Source: Paraglomus brasilianum (Eukaryota). Taken from it: DNA of 46,356 nt. Location of the stretch: NCBI GenBank assembly GCA_910592345.1, contig CAJVPI010000172.1, forward strand, positions 1 through 46,356, read 5' to 3'. The notes below the pieces were generated by a model that was not told where the DNA came from, did not search any database, and saw nothing but the letters and a program-made list of their open reading frames with translations. Below, in pieces: positions 26,254 to 42,372 of this stretch. The translations under genes and the position numbers were made by a program. Position 1 is the stretch's first letter, and each line of letters starts with the position of its first letter.

Positions 26254-29200
26254 ATGTCCAACAAAAATAATGTCAATGGAGTCAGAGTCGAACCAAAGCG
26301 CTTGCAGTAAGTATTAACAGAAGTAAAAGTAGAGGTGAAAACAGGAAGGAAATCTATAACGTTCTACTTGTGTGTAATTAATTACATTATAATACTCACA
26401 ACACTTGTAAATCACTTTTTATTCTCTGCTCATCATTGATTTAATGCTTTGTTCACCAATCTACGTGCTTTCAACCTTTACCATTTCACCTCCTAATGCA
26501 GAGACCCTTCCACTCTCGAATCCTTGACTTCCGCTATTCAAGGTCTATCGACTTACGTGACTCCTTATCTCCCATCACATCTTTCTCTCCGAAAGGTTGC
26601 CGGCAGCCAAACGGACATTTACTCTCAATTTAATGGAGGATATTATGGCAATCACGGAGGGAGCGGGAGGATTGGGAATGGAATTAATTATGTCCATGAT
26701 GCTAATTTGCGCGGTCATCACAACACTATTAATAATATGGATGGCACTACTAATGGTAATCCTAAGGTCTCGCATCCCGACAACGACAATGATCAGAACA
26801 CGATGGAGAATATGATGCAGTTGCAAGTGCAAGGGCAAATCGAGTCAAAAAAAGACGTGATCTTGTACAGCGGATTCGATGAGATTGGAGAAGGAGCTGG
26901 AAGGTGAGTTATTAAAGGATTAGTGATTCGATGTGGTGGCATTATGAGAAAAAGTCTTAAATATATTAAGGATGGTATTACCCAATAAGGAAATACGATA
27001 AATTAAGGACCATTCAAGGTTACACCGTTGTTGGAAATTTAAATCTTTGACAATTATTCCACCATATATTTACTATTATGGAACTTTTTGCTCCTTGTAC
27101 TAACATCCTGGTATCAATACTCGTTTCTTTACAGTCAATCAGTCTTATGTCTAGGATATACGGATGGTTTTCAGATTTGGAATATTACATCATTGGATAA
27201 CATTCAGGAAATGGTGTCTATTAAGCATGACAGAGAAATAGGATGTGTGTATTATGTTAAGGTAAGGCAAATGGGTTGAAATTAAGAAACGAGTTACAGA
27301 AAGCACCACCAAGACGGGACTCTGATGTTCTGCAATACAATTACTTTTTCCTTAGATAATCCCAGCCCCACGTGAAACATCAAGAGAAGATCCATTCAAA
27401 AAGTATCGGCCACTAGCTGCTATAGTGTAAGTTGTACACATCATGATCTGTTCATGATGGAATACCTACGCTATAGTCATTACGGACAAATGCAACACAT
27501 GCAATATGTATCGTCGCAATGATATAAATCAAACGGAAGCATGACTTATCCTCTTTTTTATACCCGCTTAACTTTCACAGCTGTGCTCCACAAGAGGACA
27601 ACCCATCAGACACCTATACAAATAACTCACGCTCAAAAGCTGTTGTGAGGTTATTTTCGTTAAATACATGTGAACTTGTTGCGGGATGGAGTTTAGATCT
27701 TGAGGGAACGATTGCTGGGATTAAGTGTAATGATCGGGTCATTGTTATTGTAAGTTGGATCATCGGTTGGGAAAGAAAGAGGGTTTGGCATATGGAAGCG
27801 AAAGGAAAATGGCTGGAACTTTTGCTGTAGTTCCGATTATCTTTTTTTTAAATTTATATTAACGTTCATCTCGAATCAATTCTGATATCGTACGTCATAT
27901 CTTCCTGTTATAGTCCACGGCATTTCCACCTCGCCTTTACATTAGCTCGACTTTAAACCTGGCTCCACTCCGTCCGTCGCCCCTGACTGATGTAGCGGTA
28001 CACCCGAACACTAGGGTTCCAGTCTTTACTCTTAGTTCACGACTCTTGGCGTATGCAACAACTACGGCCCCGAATCGGGTGAAGAACGAACGAAGTGGAG
28101 TTATGGCATTTCTGGCCAGTGGGTTGGGTAGTGGCAATGCACAAGCAGAGGGGGTTGGGTACGGCGATGAGAGCATGTTTGGAGAAGAAGGCGTTTACTA
28201 TGAGAATGGAGGGGTGTGGGATAAGGGCTATGGAGATGTTGCTAAAGGTGTTGCTAAAGAAGTTGTTAACGGAGTCAGAATTTTGGGTAAGTCGAAAGGA
28301 ATGGGCGCCAGAAAGTATAATTGGGGAGGGAAATTGTTGGGTGAATCAACTTGGAATTTCACCAGTTATTTAATACTAAACCATTTTCTTCTGTTTCCAG
28401 GCGATTACGGCTACCAAGCCCTATCTTCTTACTTCCTCTCTCCACCTCATATAAACTCGACTCCACCCTACCATTCTTCAACCCAACCGATCAATATAAA
28501 CAGCTCTATTGATGCAAACATGACCACTGGCGGAACTCGACCAAACGCTTCTCCACAGATGTCTCCATCAAATAACATGTTTCGAGTTGGAAGTTCTGAA
28601 AGTAATACAAACGGAGATGTTGGTGAGAATGGCTTTCACGGGAATATTAATGATGAAAATAACGGGGCTGTTGTTGGTGCGGTGAGTATTTGCAATGAGC
28701 GTTATGAAATGGAGCATAGGGGCGAAATTGGGGGGCGAAGGTTGAAATAGTGACAGTATAGAAATGACTTTTGGATCGATATTTACGAACTAGTTAATGA
28801 ACTTCAACCAAGTCTAATTAAATTTTGTATTAAAATCTCCTAAACCAGATAATTATCCGCGATTTAATACCGATCCCTTACACCACTGCCGCTGGCGCCT
28901 CTACAAACATTTCAACCGTCCACACCCATCGCAAGCATGCGGCACTGACTCTTCCCGTTCTCTCTCACTTCCAACCACACACTAATCCAATATCTCAACT
29001 CTCCTTCAACCCATCCGGAAACCTTCTTTTTACAACCTCGATGTCGGGCCAGACTTTTCACGTGTTTGAAATTCTCGGTAGACGACGACCGGGGAACCGC
29101 AAACCTATCAGACATTTGTACAAACTTACACGAGGTTACACGAACGCGAGCGTTGGTGAAAATGCAGTGGCGTGGAATGGGGATAGTAGGTGGTGCGGTG

Positions 29201-31083
29201 TAGCTACGGGAAGAGGAACAGTACATGTGTTTGGGATCAACCCTTTTGGTGGGCCGATGGATGTTAGAGCACATTTGAGAGGTCGGGTTAGTAACATTGA
29301 TGAATGGGTAAGTATCGCCGAAAGGAGACGAGGTTTAGGACTGACTACCAATGATTTCAGTTGTAGAGACATACTCACAAACATTCTAACCACTATTCAA
29401 ACCCATTTTTACCATTTTTCGTCTTAAATTTCTCATCCATGTCAGCACGACACAACGTCTCACTCCCCAATAATTCGAATAAAGCCCAGAACACCTCTTC
29501 CCGTCCAAGATCCAACCGACTTGCCAGCGCCGCCAGTTCCTTTTGCGAATGAGCTGTACACACTAGGATCAATCGACTCTACACCTTCATCTACGATTGT
29601 ATACGGAAGCAACCATTCGAATTTATGGATGCAGCACCAGAACGTTACTACATTACCGTTTATGAAAAGATCGCCATCAATGTGTTTAAAGTTTTTGAAT
29701 TCCAACGCGCGAGATGGGCACGCTAACATCGGAGTAAAGAAAAAAAGCTCCAAATCTCCGACGCCAGCTAATGGGATTCCTAACGCACAATCTAGAGGAC
29801 GAACAAATCCGTCGACACAGACTCCCTCATTGTCTTCTTCGCCATCATCAAAAGTTCCTTACCTTTCCACAGATTCGTCTTCATCCTCAACGAAAGCTGC
29901 TCCTCTCGCTAATATCAACCATCAACAACTTTTGACGTTCCACCCATCGGGTATATTAACACTGCATCGTATTCGGATGGAAGGCGTTGTTATACGCTGT
30001 GATCCGGTTTCTAAAGACGATACGCCAAAATCTGCCGTTGCGAGTATGGGCCGCGCTTTAGTCGATGGAGCCGTTGGCGTCGTTGGGGGAACTGGTTATA
30101 AAGATGGTAGAAAGGACTATAAAGGAGAGGAAATAGAGTTGTCGGTTAAATACGATGATGTAGCAGAATGGAAAGTTTTTAGAGGTTCTGATTGGGAAGA
30201 GGTTAAGATTGGATATGAAACCCCTTCCAATACCAAAAGCAACGGGACAACTTTATCTAAAAGCGAAGCTCTCAGCAGACAATGGCTTTCTCAGGCCGAG
30301 ATCTCTACGCATACAACATCGCCTATGTCTTTGCCCCAACCGCTGTTCCTCACTCACCAGTTTACTCTACAAACCTTTAAGGGTGCAAAGTCGAATGAGG
30401 CTATTAAAGAAGGGAGAGTTCCTGATGGAGAAAAAGTAGAGGTCAGAAAAGAAGTAGAATGTGTCAACGAACCAGGGAAGGTATTAGGCGGTGAGGATAT
30501 TTCCGGTAAGTTCGAAGATGTATAACAATGGACAAGTGATGGTAGTTTCTTTGTACTGATACGTGTTTACAATTTTCTAGCAAACATCACGAGTGCAATG
30601 AATACATGCCTCGATGTCTCGTCAGCAATTCTGGTACTCCCAACTACAACACTCTCCTTTGAAGACGCCCATCTCGTACAACTCGCCCAGAACATGTCGA
30701 CGATAACATCTACAACTCCACTAGACATTTTCAATTCAACAATGAAAGGATCGTCAGCTCCGCCAACGAAATCTGACGGATTGTCTGAACCATCGGCCAA
30801 CGTTGTCAACCAATCCCCCAACCAGAGTTCCAACCGTTTGTCTGAATCTGTTTCTAGCGATTCAACTTCAGTAACTCTTCTGGCCCAAGTGCCAAATTTC
30901 AATCTCGCTAGCGATCATTTCGCAAACATCCCTCATATCGAGTCTTCGTTGCCTGTTGAATTGTCTGCTCATGCAGATGATTCTGAACTTGATTATTTAG
31001 GCGAGGAGGGGAATTTCTTCTTCTCACCTGATGGAGATAATGAAATTGCGCTGCCTGGGGAGAGCGTTTTGGATGAGGAATGA
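26254..31083 (+). CDS. BCAS3: BCAS3-family WD40 (PROPPIN-like) autophagy-associated protein (multi-exon)
   Basis: LCLGYTDGFQIW, LSSRLLAYAT, HFQPHTNPISQLSFNPSGNLL, RHLYKLTRGYT, SRWCGVATGRGTVHVFGINPFGG, and the BCAS3 domain WLSQAEISTH. Confidence 0.82.
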
Positions 31084-31532
31084 ACATTTGAAGTAAGAAT
31101 AAGTTGTGTTTATATACAAAAGCTTTCTTTTTTTTTCTTCTTTTTCTTTTTTGATTTATTGCTTTGCTTTGCTAGAATAATTATATGTAAAAAAAAAAAA
31201 TTGTAAAAATTTTGATTATATATACATAGTTCTCGATTAGTATCATATAATTAACCACAGTCGGGAAGCGAACTTCCTGATATCTATAAATAGTGCATGA
31301 TCTTGACTTTGTATTTCATTTGTAAGATGAAGCGTTCTTTGTAAATTTTGTCTTTATTTCTTTGCTTAACAAATATTATATAAAGAGTTATATCTATGTA
31401 TAAATGAATCGCAAGTGTTAATTATCATGGAATGAGTTAGTACAATGGATAGCTCTAGTGCAACTCTCTAGTGCAACTCGTATGTGGACTTTCTTTTATC
31501 ACCGCCATTCAACATACAAATCCGGTCCGATT

Positions 31533-31835
31533 TTACATGTTTCTCTGTAACTTCATATGCCAGCGGTCCAATTTCTCCCTCTTCTCGCCCCTCATTTCCT
31601 TCAACAAGTCCTGGTTGCGCTTTTCCTCTTCCCGCTTTTTCTTTTTCAAGCTAGGTTCGATTTGCTCTTTGGTCAGAACACTGGTTAACTTTTCCAAGCG
31701 ATTCAGGGTTTCATCCGTAAAAATATCTTCATCACGAGTTGAAAAGTAAAATTTCTTTATTTGAGAAGAAACTTCAGATTGAGTAAGTGGCTTCTGAGAG
31801 AGAATTTTTATACAAAGGGGAACGTGGCTAGTCAT
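31533..31835 (-). CDS. Small Lys/Glu-rich protein, possibly RNA polymerase I subunit A14 (Rpa14/Ker1)-like
   Basis: Intact 100-aa ATG ORF between conserved genes. PLCIKIL...LTQSEVSSQIKKF...LNRLEKL echoes the A14 pattern (PxxI...VxxFL...LxQLKRI), followed by a K/E-rich tail. Confidence 0.5.
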   Translation of the reverse strand: MTSHVPLCIKILSQKPLTQSEVSSQIKKFYFSTRDEDIFTDETLNRLEKLTSVLTKEQIEPSLKKKKREEEKRNQDLLKEMRGEKREKLDRWHMKLQRNM

Positions 31836-32076
31836 TGTTAATAAAAGGATGGATGAACACTATCGTTGAAAGTGGCTAAGTACAAATTATAACGATCTAC
31901 ATGATGTCTGATTTAAGCGAATATGGTATTATTGCAACTCTAGATTTATTATAGATGTTATTAATAAAGAGTAGAAATGTCTCATCGTTGTCAACAATAC
32001 AAATTTTCCAATAACACCACAGTGATAACATTATTAATTTGAAAAGAATCGTTAAAATTTATCGTAAACAAAAATT

Positions 32077-33698
<1,622 letters not shown>

Positions 33699-34107
33699 AT
33701 AACCAAAAACGTTTATCAACTTGTACAGATGAAACACACTGCTCTATCACTATCGCTCTTATTATCATTTGCATAGATTGGGGGAAAGATTACAAATACA
33801 TTCGGAGGCAATATGTACTTTATATTGTTTTTCTTTGCTATCTGATATTTTAATAAATAATATCCATCAATGTCGCCTGTAAAAAAATTTCCTATTTGCG
33901 ATCGCTATACATTATTGAGTTTTCCCCATCTTATTGATTTACACCTGATCATCCATCCATCGTATACTGCAATGTGACTTGTATATTTATGCCAAGTTCG
34001 CGTACATGAGAGGTGATTGTTGTGATCCCGCCACAAATCTAATTTAACTTGCATCTCATTCCAGAGTATCAGCATATTATAATCGTCCCCTTTGACACAC
34101 GCACAAA

Positions 34108-35129
34108 ATGGTAACATTTCCCAATGTATAAACTTTCTCGGGCTTGTCTTCCCGATCGATTTATTAACTATTCACGTTCAATATCTAAAGTCCCAGTCAA
34201 CCTGTGATGTAGACCCTGAAGTTTTACAGAAACTTCGCAAGTTTCGTTTTAGTAAACGATCGCAGAAAGGCAGTGCCGCATTCGTACGTAAGTTGGAGGG
34301 TTTTAATGAATTCATCAGTGAAATTTTTGGGAATCGCTGACAGGGCTGCTGCTTATCTTGTATCAGACGAATTAATGTTGGACGGTCTTTTTTGTTTTCA
34401 AGTAAAGATAGATCGGGAACGCTTATGTATTGTCGAGGACGAGGTGCATGATGAGATAACAATAGAGGATCTAGTAGAGGGTAACTGTATGAATCTACTT
34501 TATACGAGGAGCCATCACGTTGGGTCGAACGCTCACCATTACATACTCTTATAGAGCTCCCGGAAACCTCCCCTCGATACATTGTACTGAGTTACGAGGT
34601 ATTAATGACTGCACGAGAGCTTCTTAACTTTATTGTAGAATATCTGATCTCAACTTCTCGTTAATTTTTCTTAGCTTACGCACAACGATGGACGAAAGTC
34701 GTATCCTTTAGTACTTATTTATTATGCACCAGTTTCCACAAAGCCGGAATTGCATATGTTGGTATGATTCAAGTCAAATTTGAAATGGTTTTGTTTTTAA
34801 GCATTACCCCTCTACGGCTTTTCATCTTTGTTGATTTGATCGTAGTATGCGAGCGCGAAGACCTATTTCCAACAGAGAGCAGACATTAATAAGGTACTTG
34901 ACTTGTATGATAAGTTTTTGATATTGGCTCAGTAATCGCTTATATATTACCGTTTCCTACTCTCCAGGTGTTTGATATCCGCGAAGCCGAAACGCTCAGC
35001 GATGAGTGGCTACAAGTAAGTTAGATTCACTATCTGTTCGGGCTAATCTGTAACTCGGATTGCAATTCTATCAGAATGCTGAAATGATCTCTCTAACGTT
35101 TAATTAAACAGGAAAAGTTGCTCTCTTGA
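34108..35129 (+). CDS. GMF: Glia maturation factor (ADF-H, Aim7-like; multi-exon)
   Basis: CDVDPEVLQKLRKFRF, KIDRE, ELPETSPRYIVLSY, DGRKSYPLVLIYYAP, MLYASAKTYFQ, VFDIR...EWLQEKL. Confidence 0.9.
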
Positions 35130-35463
35130 TGATTCATTCTCTCATTAGTGGAATAATCAAAGCGAATATGTTGATAGTCGGATAATACTTTAAATTGTTT
35201 ATTTAAATAAAGTGAAATGATATGTTTTCTATAAAGACTTTGTGATCGTTGCGATTATATGCAAATTCCATGAATAGAATACCGTTACAATTTGTCCAAA
35301 AACCGAGGCTCGCGGTCATCTAAAAAACGGACAATAATATCTACAACTATACAATTTCAGATTACTGTTCTAAATACTAAATGAGTAAAATAGCAGAAAA
35401 CTTTCTTTCAACTATTCGAATATTATTAATTACACTTGCCACATACGTGGTTTCACAAGGTTA

Positions 35464-37518
35464 CTAGTGATGTCTTACGATCTCTTTGGATGCTGTCTCA
35501 TCTCTCATCTGCTTCAAGAACGGCATCAAGTCGGTCCCGCCAGTACCTTTGATCGTACCAGAATGGGTTGTGGTCGAGTTCTCCATAGTTGTGGCTGCGG
35601 TCGTGCCTCTATGAACTGTTGTCTTGATTAAATTGGTTGTAGATATTCCAGCAGAGAATCCTACATAAACACAACTTGTAAATTTCTCACTACATTCATG
35701 CAAATAACGGATAGTTCGTTTCCACACATACCTTTGTCAAGGCTAGGTGCATGATCCTTCGAATTAAAATGCAATCCGCCGCTTTTCCTTGCCTGATTGA
35801 TAATATATACACTAACAATCTGTAGATGCTTGTTCCTAAATTCATTCATCCTAGTCAAACACTCATTATAAACGTCAACTAACGCCGCAACTTCCGCATC
35901 TCCATCATCTCCATCGCTGCAGTCCACCTGAGACATGACGTATTCGCGTATGTGAGCTACTTTGGCAAGGTCTTCGAGAAATCGCCGATGCGGGCCAGGA
36001 ATGTTTTGGCGAATTTTGTGCAAGTAAGGTTGGCGGGGTGTGATACTGTGTTCCGCTTGAACTGGCGGGATGTTGTTTGGATATGAGGATGAGTTTTTGG
36101 GAGAGGTAGAATGAAGAGCATTGAAAATATTTGAATGTCCCTTTGCTTTTGGGTTCGTATTTGTCGGATAATGCTCGACGTTCAATGCAATATCCAGCGC
36201 TTGTATCAGCGCACTCTGACCAGCACTTGCTCCGACATACTGTCTAAATATGGTCTCGCCCTTTTCATCGACTTCGTCCACTCCTTCGTATATAATTCCT
36301 TTCGGTAATCGATCTTCGTTCTCCCAACCTGCCAAATATGGCCGTACTTTCCAATAGAACACATATGGATCACATTTTTCATACATTCGTTGAAGACTGT
36401 CACGGATATCTGATATCGCTTTGCTTATATCAGTGAGCGACGCAATAAGAGCCTTGTTGTTTGCATCGCGAGAAGCCTGGATAGCGGATACTATAGCAGT
36501 CAGCGCACGACTCCCAATACATTCTATCGCGGTTGTTACGAGATAAAACCAGGATTCATCCAGTGTGTTTGAATACGTATCCAATGTCGCCAGATTACTT
36601 TTAGAGAAGAAAACAGAAAGGTGAGTTTGTCTGTCAATATAGTGCGTCATTAACGTAAGATCGTTGAGTCTTCATAATCTATATCACTTACTTTAGACAT
36701 AATGGTTCGTTCGGAAAAATCAATCGCCAATTCCACAAGACCACGGCTGCATGATTGACGATCGGTGCTACTTCGAGGTAAGCAGACACTTTTACCCAAG
36801 GTATAGCCAAACATGCTGGCAGTCTCTAAAAATAAACCAACAGACAATCCGATGCAACGAATTAGCACGGGGTTATTGAACATCTGTTCACTCGACAAGT
36901 CGGCTTTCGAATGGTGACCATACTCGATATTGTTCCCACCCTGTGAAAAGAGCAGACCAACAGTGCTACAGTCTACCAGCCAACAAAGCTTCTCACAAGA
37001 CACGACAGATCACACTTACGTCAACAACTGGCTCAAAATTACCCCATATATATCCATGGGCGAGAATAGAGAGAACAAGAAAGGCGCGTCGAAATTCAGC
37101 TGGCGTTTTCAAACGATCTGTCTTTAGTAGTTCTAACTGAAGGGAATGAATAAGACAAATTTATAGAGAATGCTGTTAGAATTTTCATAGGACTTTTGTT
37201 TAGTACAAACATTAAAATTATAGATCTGTCAAAAAGAAAAAAGGCCATTTGTATGCCACTATTGCAAATCATTGAACCGACTATTCTACAATACACGACA
37301 AGTTATCTCCTCACCTTTCCAATACACTCCCTTAATCTCCCAGCTAGCATAAGATCATGAAAGATATCGAGTAGCGACTCCCAAGGCTCATAGTAAGGGT
37401 CAGACAGACGCCGTAATGGTGGGGTAGGCGGTAAGAACCCAGTTACTGGATCAATATCATAGTCTTCTAAACGGGGAACTGTTATTTGAGGATAGGCTTC
37501 TATATGATTTGGTGGCAT
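35464..37518 (-). CDS. BNA2: Indoleamine 2,3-dioxygenase (multi-exon)
   Basis: YDIDPVTGFLPP, VLWNWR, DESWFYLV, CDPYVFYWKVRPYLAGW, GASAGQS, FRNKHLQIVSVYII, GTGGTDLMPFLKQMRDET. Confidence 0.93.
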
Positions 37519-38473
37519 CAATTAAGACTATCTATATCAGGAAAGATCCAACGAAAATAAAAAAGCGAGTAATTTAAAGAATGCTTGCTTTGTTTTTCCG
37601 CTGTTATCCTTTATATGAGTTTTTGGTGGCCGTTCGGTCGTGCTTTAAAGGAAATATTCGGAAAACAATGATCACGAGTTTTGAAGTTTGCAAGCTCCTT
37701 ATCGAAAAAAAAAAAAAAAAAATATTAGACACGAATAAATTGGGGTAACAAAAGTAGCAGATATTTTTTAAATTGATCTCAACTTTAATGCCGCAGAAGA
37801 TTTCAGGGGTCCACCACTGGAATTTGTGATTGGCTAGAAATGATTATATCCTATGTATATTAGTAATCCACGATCTGGTATGGTGCTGTACATTCACGAA
37901 AAAATCAGCATAATCCTCCTCTAATTGCCTGTCCGTCCGTTCGGGGGTACACGTTTCAGTTTATGTTAAGACTTGTGTCATGTTTTCAGGATCTATACGG
38001 ATCTTTTGTGTATCTAAGATCGATTTGTCAGAAGATAATATTTGGTGACGTAATATATCGGATAAGATTACCATCATTTCTGCCGTATATAGCGCTAACG
38101 CCATAATCAGACTTTATTATTGGTGCGGACTTGCCGTAAACACTTGAAATATTCAAGCTGAGAAACTCGTAAAACCGGGAATGCCTTAATTTTATTTACC
38201 GAGCTTTTCATGACGTAGTTTGGACGGTAATTCACGTGTCTTGCATGCCTTTGATATTTGCGCAGCGAAAATCAAATTGCGGTTTACAAACTCAAATGCG
38301 GTTTATATTTACAAACATTTAACTTGCCTAATTAAAGAACGTATGCCAAGAATGTGATGTGAGATTAAATTCTGTGTTACAATTTAGTGTAACATGTCCA
38401 ATAAGCAAAGCAGGGAAAATTTTGGCGGTTTATCCTTCATCCAAACCAAAACGGGGGGGTGAAAATAATAATA

Positions 38474-40139
38474 ATGCTCACTCTTAATCAAAGCTTTGCT
38501 TCAACTTGCACATTTGCGGTTATCATCCGCCTATTGATGCTGCTTTATGGCGAATGGCAAGACGCACATTTACAAGTGAAATATACCGACATAGACTATA
38601 AAGTACTCACTGATGCAGCGCGTTATGTAACCATTGGTGAAAGTCCATATCAGCGGGCTACTTATCGCTATACACCCTTATTAGCCTTCTTACTGACACC
38701 AAATATATACGTCCACAAGTCTTTTGGCAAAGTTTTATTTGTTCTTGCAGATATACTCATTGGCGTTTTAATATACAAGATACTCCGCTTACGTGGTCTA
38801 CCAGAACTAGACGCAGTCACTTATTCGGCATATTGGCTATATAACCCGATGGTTGCCAACATATCCACACGTGGAAGTGCTGAATCCCTGATCGGTGCAC
38901 TGGTCCTTTCCACGCTTTATCTAATTACTACTAAACGCTTTTACGCAGCGAGCGTGATGTTTGGTCTATCTGTCCATTTCAAGATCTATCCGATCATATA
39001 TTCGGTACCTTTGCTAATGTTATTGGATGATGAGGATTATTGGGGGATACCGTGGAAGGGTAAGGAGAAAGTTCATGATACTTGGACCGTCAAGCACTGG
39101 ACAGGCAAGATTGCTCGATTTGTGACTCCGACACGTGTTTGGTTTGGGGTTATTAGTGGTGGCGTATTTTTGGTATTGAATGGAGTGATGTATTATCTGT
39201 AAGTCTCGTAATATGACAAGCTCGTCTATTATTTCTTCTTTTATCATTATAGTATAGACGCTCAGAGTTTGAACTACCTTCTGATCCTATTATAAATCAT
39301 CAATCATCAATTGCACGCGATCATTTAAATCATTATCCCCGACACATAACCCAAAGCTATTCTCAAGACTTTCTAAGAGAAACGTATTTTTATCATGTTG
39401 TACGCAAGGACCATCGGCATAATTTCTCTCTCTGGTTCTATTACATCTATCTCTCCTATACCGAGCCTCATGGGACATTCCTTGGAATTGCAACATTTAT
39501 ACCACAGTTCTGGCTGACGTTTCTATTAGGCGCTGCCTTTGGTAAAGATTTATTCTTTGCTTGTTTCATACAAACTTTTGCATTTGTGACATATCAGAAA
39601 GTTTGCACTTCACAGGTAAGTCGCGTAATTGATTCATGAGCAGTTGGCAGAAAATAGTGAAAAAAAAAAAAGTGTAATCGCTGGCCCAAGCAATCTTTCA
39701 CTCATGAAAATCCAATTTTAGTATTTCATGTGGTATACATGTCTTTTACCACTAATTCTTCCATCAACGTCGATCACCTTTAAATACAAAGGCTTCATGT
39801 TACTTCTCGCGTGGGTTGTTAGTCAGGTACTGGATCTTTCTTCATTACCGCTTTCTTTTAATTGCTTTAATCATTCGTCAACACGACCCACCATATTATA
39901 CACTTTGATAGGCACTATGGCTAAATGAAGCTTACAAGTTGGAATTCCTTGGACAGAATACGTTCTTTGCTATATGGAAAGCGAGTCTGCTATTCTTTGC
40001 TTCTAATTTGTGGATATTGAAGGAACTAACATCTAAGCATAAGTTTGAATCAGTGTTTGAATTGGGCAAGGTTAGGAAGATATGGGAAAGGAGAAGTCGC
40101 ATTATGGATGAGACCATGGAAAGGGAGAGTTTAATGTGA
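38474..40139 (+). CDS. GPI14: GPI mannosyltransferase I (PIG-M/Gpi14; multi-exon)
   Basis: VKYTDIDYKVLTDAA, SPYQRATYRYTPLLA, ISTRGSAES, HFKIYPIIY, YHVVRKDHRHNFS, KVCTSQYFMWY. Confidence 0.95.
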
Positions 40140-40255
40140 TCTGTTGGTGGATAATAATAGATTGAACTTGTTGGGCATAAAGGCATGTCCAAATGTTAGT
40201 TATTTATGTGTCAGTAATGTTGCTATAAATCAAACTTGCGCAAGTAAGACGTTTG

Positions 40256-42372
40256 CTACGACTTTGATATATCTCTTTGATGGTACGATTCCCTTTTGCT
40301 TCTAACTGTCTCCAAATACTTTTCAATAGTGGATAAGATAGATACTATATAATCTTCATCATTTGTATCTTGTTGATTTCCAGGATCTATCAGAAGTGAG
40401 AAATCGGGGCCGTACTCTTCAAAGTATTTATGTTCAGGTATATCCTCGGATATCGGCGTGTTTGTTAGTAGACTTGTAATATAAGCATTACAGCGTGCTA
40501 CGTTTGCATGGTTATATCCACCTGTGAAGAAGGTTAGATGGCTGCCAAACGATTCTCAACTTGGAAAAGTGCCGTAAACATACCTCCACCAAGGACTAGC
40601 GTAGGCTTATTCCATTCTACGACTTGACGCACACATTTGCCAAAGTTATCAATGTCCAAGTTCCATTCACGTGACGGGTCTCCTGCTAGACCTTTCGGGA
40701 TTGAGCAAAATGGTGTGAGCAGATACAACTTATAAAGTTTGACAAGTCGCGCCGTGGCAAAACGGGCTTACCATCGCATCCACATTGAATTATAATTGCA
40801 TCAGGCCTAAAAGCTTCAAATGTTTGTTTTGTTACTTGGGAAAATATTCGGCGGAACAATGATCCATTCAAGCCCCGCTTGAGGGGTACGTTGATTGTAT
40901 GATAAAGACCAAGGCCATGACCGATGTCGTTCAGTTTACCTGTACCTGTGCAATAATCAATTATTCAAAAACTGCTAAACAATGACCGACCCAAAAGAAA
41001 GAAAGAAAGAAAGAAAGAATCGCGATTATCATTACGCCAGCATTGATTGCAACTTTTCTTACCCGGGTAGAATCCAACAGCGTAATGGTGAAATGACAGG
41101 GTCAAAATTTTATCGCTGTATAAAAATGCGCTTTCTACACCTATATACACAATCAAACTCAAAATTAATCTCTGAGGAGTTAACACGGTATTCAACCACT
41201 CGTGCGGATAACTAACCATCTCCATGATGCAAGTCGAGGTCGATGTAGAGAATTTTATCAAACTTCTTACGCAGTTCGATGATACCTATGACTATGTCGT
41301 TCACATAGCAGAAACCTTGAGCTGATGACTTTTTCGCGTGATGGCTAAGGGGGGAGAGGAGGTTGTCATCTTGTTTACGTTCGTTGTATTTAAGAAATCG
41401 CATCGTGTCTTTGGATGCTATTATGTTATAAGAACCAGATTTTCCATACTCACCGCCCTCCATCCCAGTGAATGACAACATCAACTGCTCCCTTGTTGAG
41501 AGCCTGTGCTGCGGCTATTGTTGAGCCGACTACCAAGCGTATATATTCCCCCAAACCTTTGAATACTGGGCAATCCTATCAATAATGTTAGAATCCCCCA
41601 AGATTTGAACAGAAATACTACTGACTCGTGCACTTACATGCTCTAGACCATAGTCTGAAAGTAATTCCTCATAAGAAGACTCTTCATCTGATGTAGACTT
41701 TGTGTTCTGTTTCACATTCTCGTCGTATTTCTCTGCCTGGAGCATAAATTCTTTGATGCGTGTATTAACAATTTGACCAGCATCCAATGAAAAGATCGAT
41801 ATATTTAAGGGCTATCTATACCAACAAAATCGCTCGAATGGAACGCTGCCAGTTCATCATCGGTAGCCGCGTAAGGCGAAATAATACTACATCACGTACA
41901 AAAGCCACGCGATAAACATCTGGGAAACCCATACTGAATACGAATAAACGACATGTTTCTGCCAGAACGTACATGACCCTGTTCCAGATGTCGTACGCCT
42001 CAATCAATGAATGTACAAGGAGGCTCTGCGATAAGAAAGCCATTGTTAGCTGGCTTATGGAAATATCATACTGTTTATAATGTGTTTGCATACCCGATCA
42101 TAATTAGAAGGTAACAAAGCGGCAACATCAGCGTACGCCATTGAATAAACATATCCAACACATCTATGATTATTATGACGCTGTCTTCGTTTCCGAGAAG
42201 TGCTCTCGCAGCTGCTGGCTTCAAGGAAAGCATTATCTACCGATCTGGAACGCTTGATCAAGCAATCATCGGTTCTTATGTCATTAATGTTTATGCTACG
42301 CGTATTTGGCTGACTAGATAATCTATCACTATCTACCACCGAATTAACCATCTCGATGTTAAAATGATCCAT
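40256..42372 (-). CDS. HDAC8: Class I histone deacetylase, HDAC8/Hos1-like (multi-exon)
   Basis: [75 protein letters not shown]. The DLDLHHGDG and GFxPGTG context is HDAC8-type. Confidence 0.85.
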
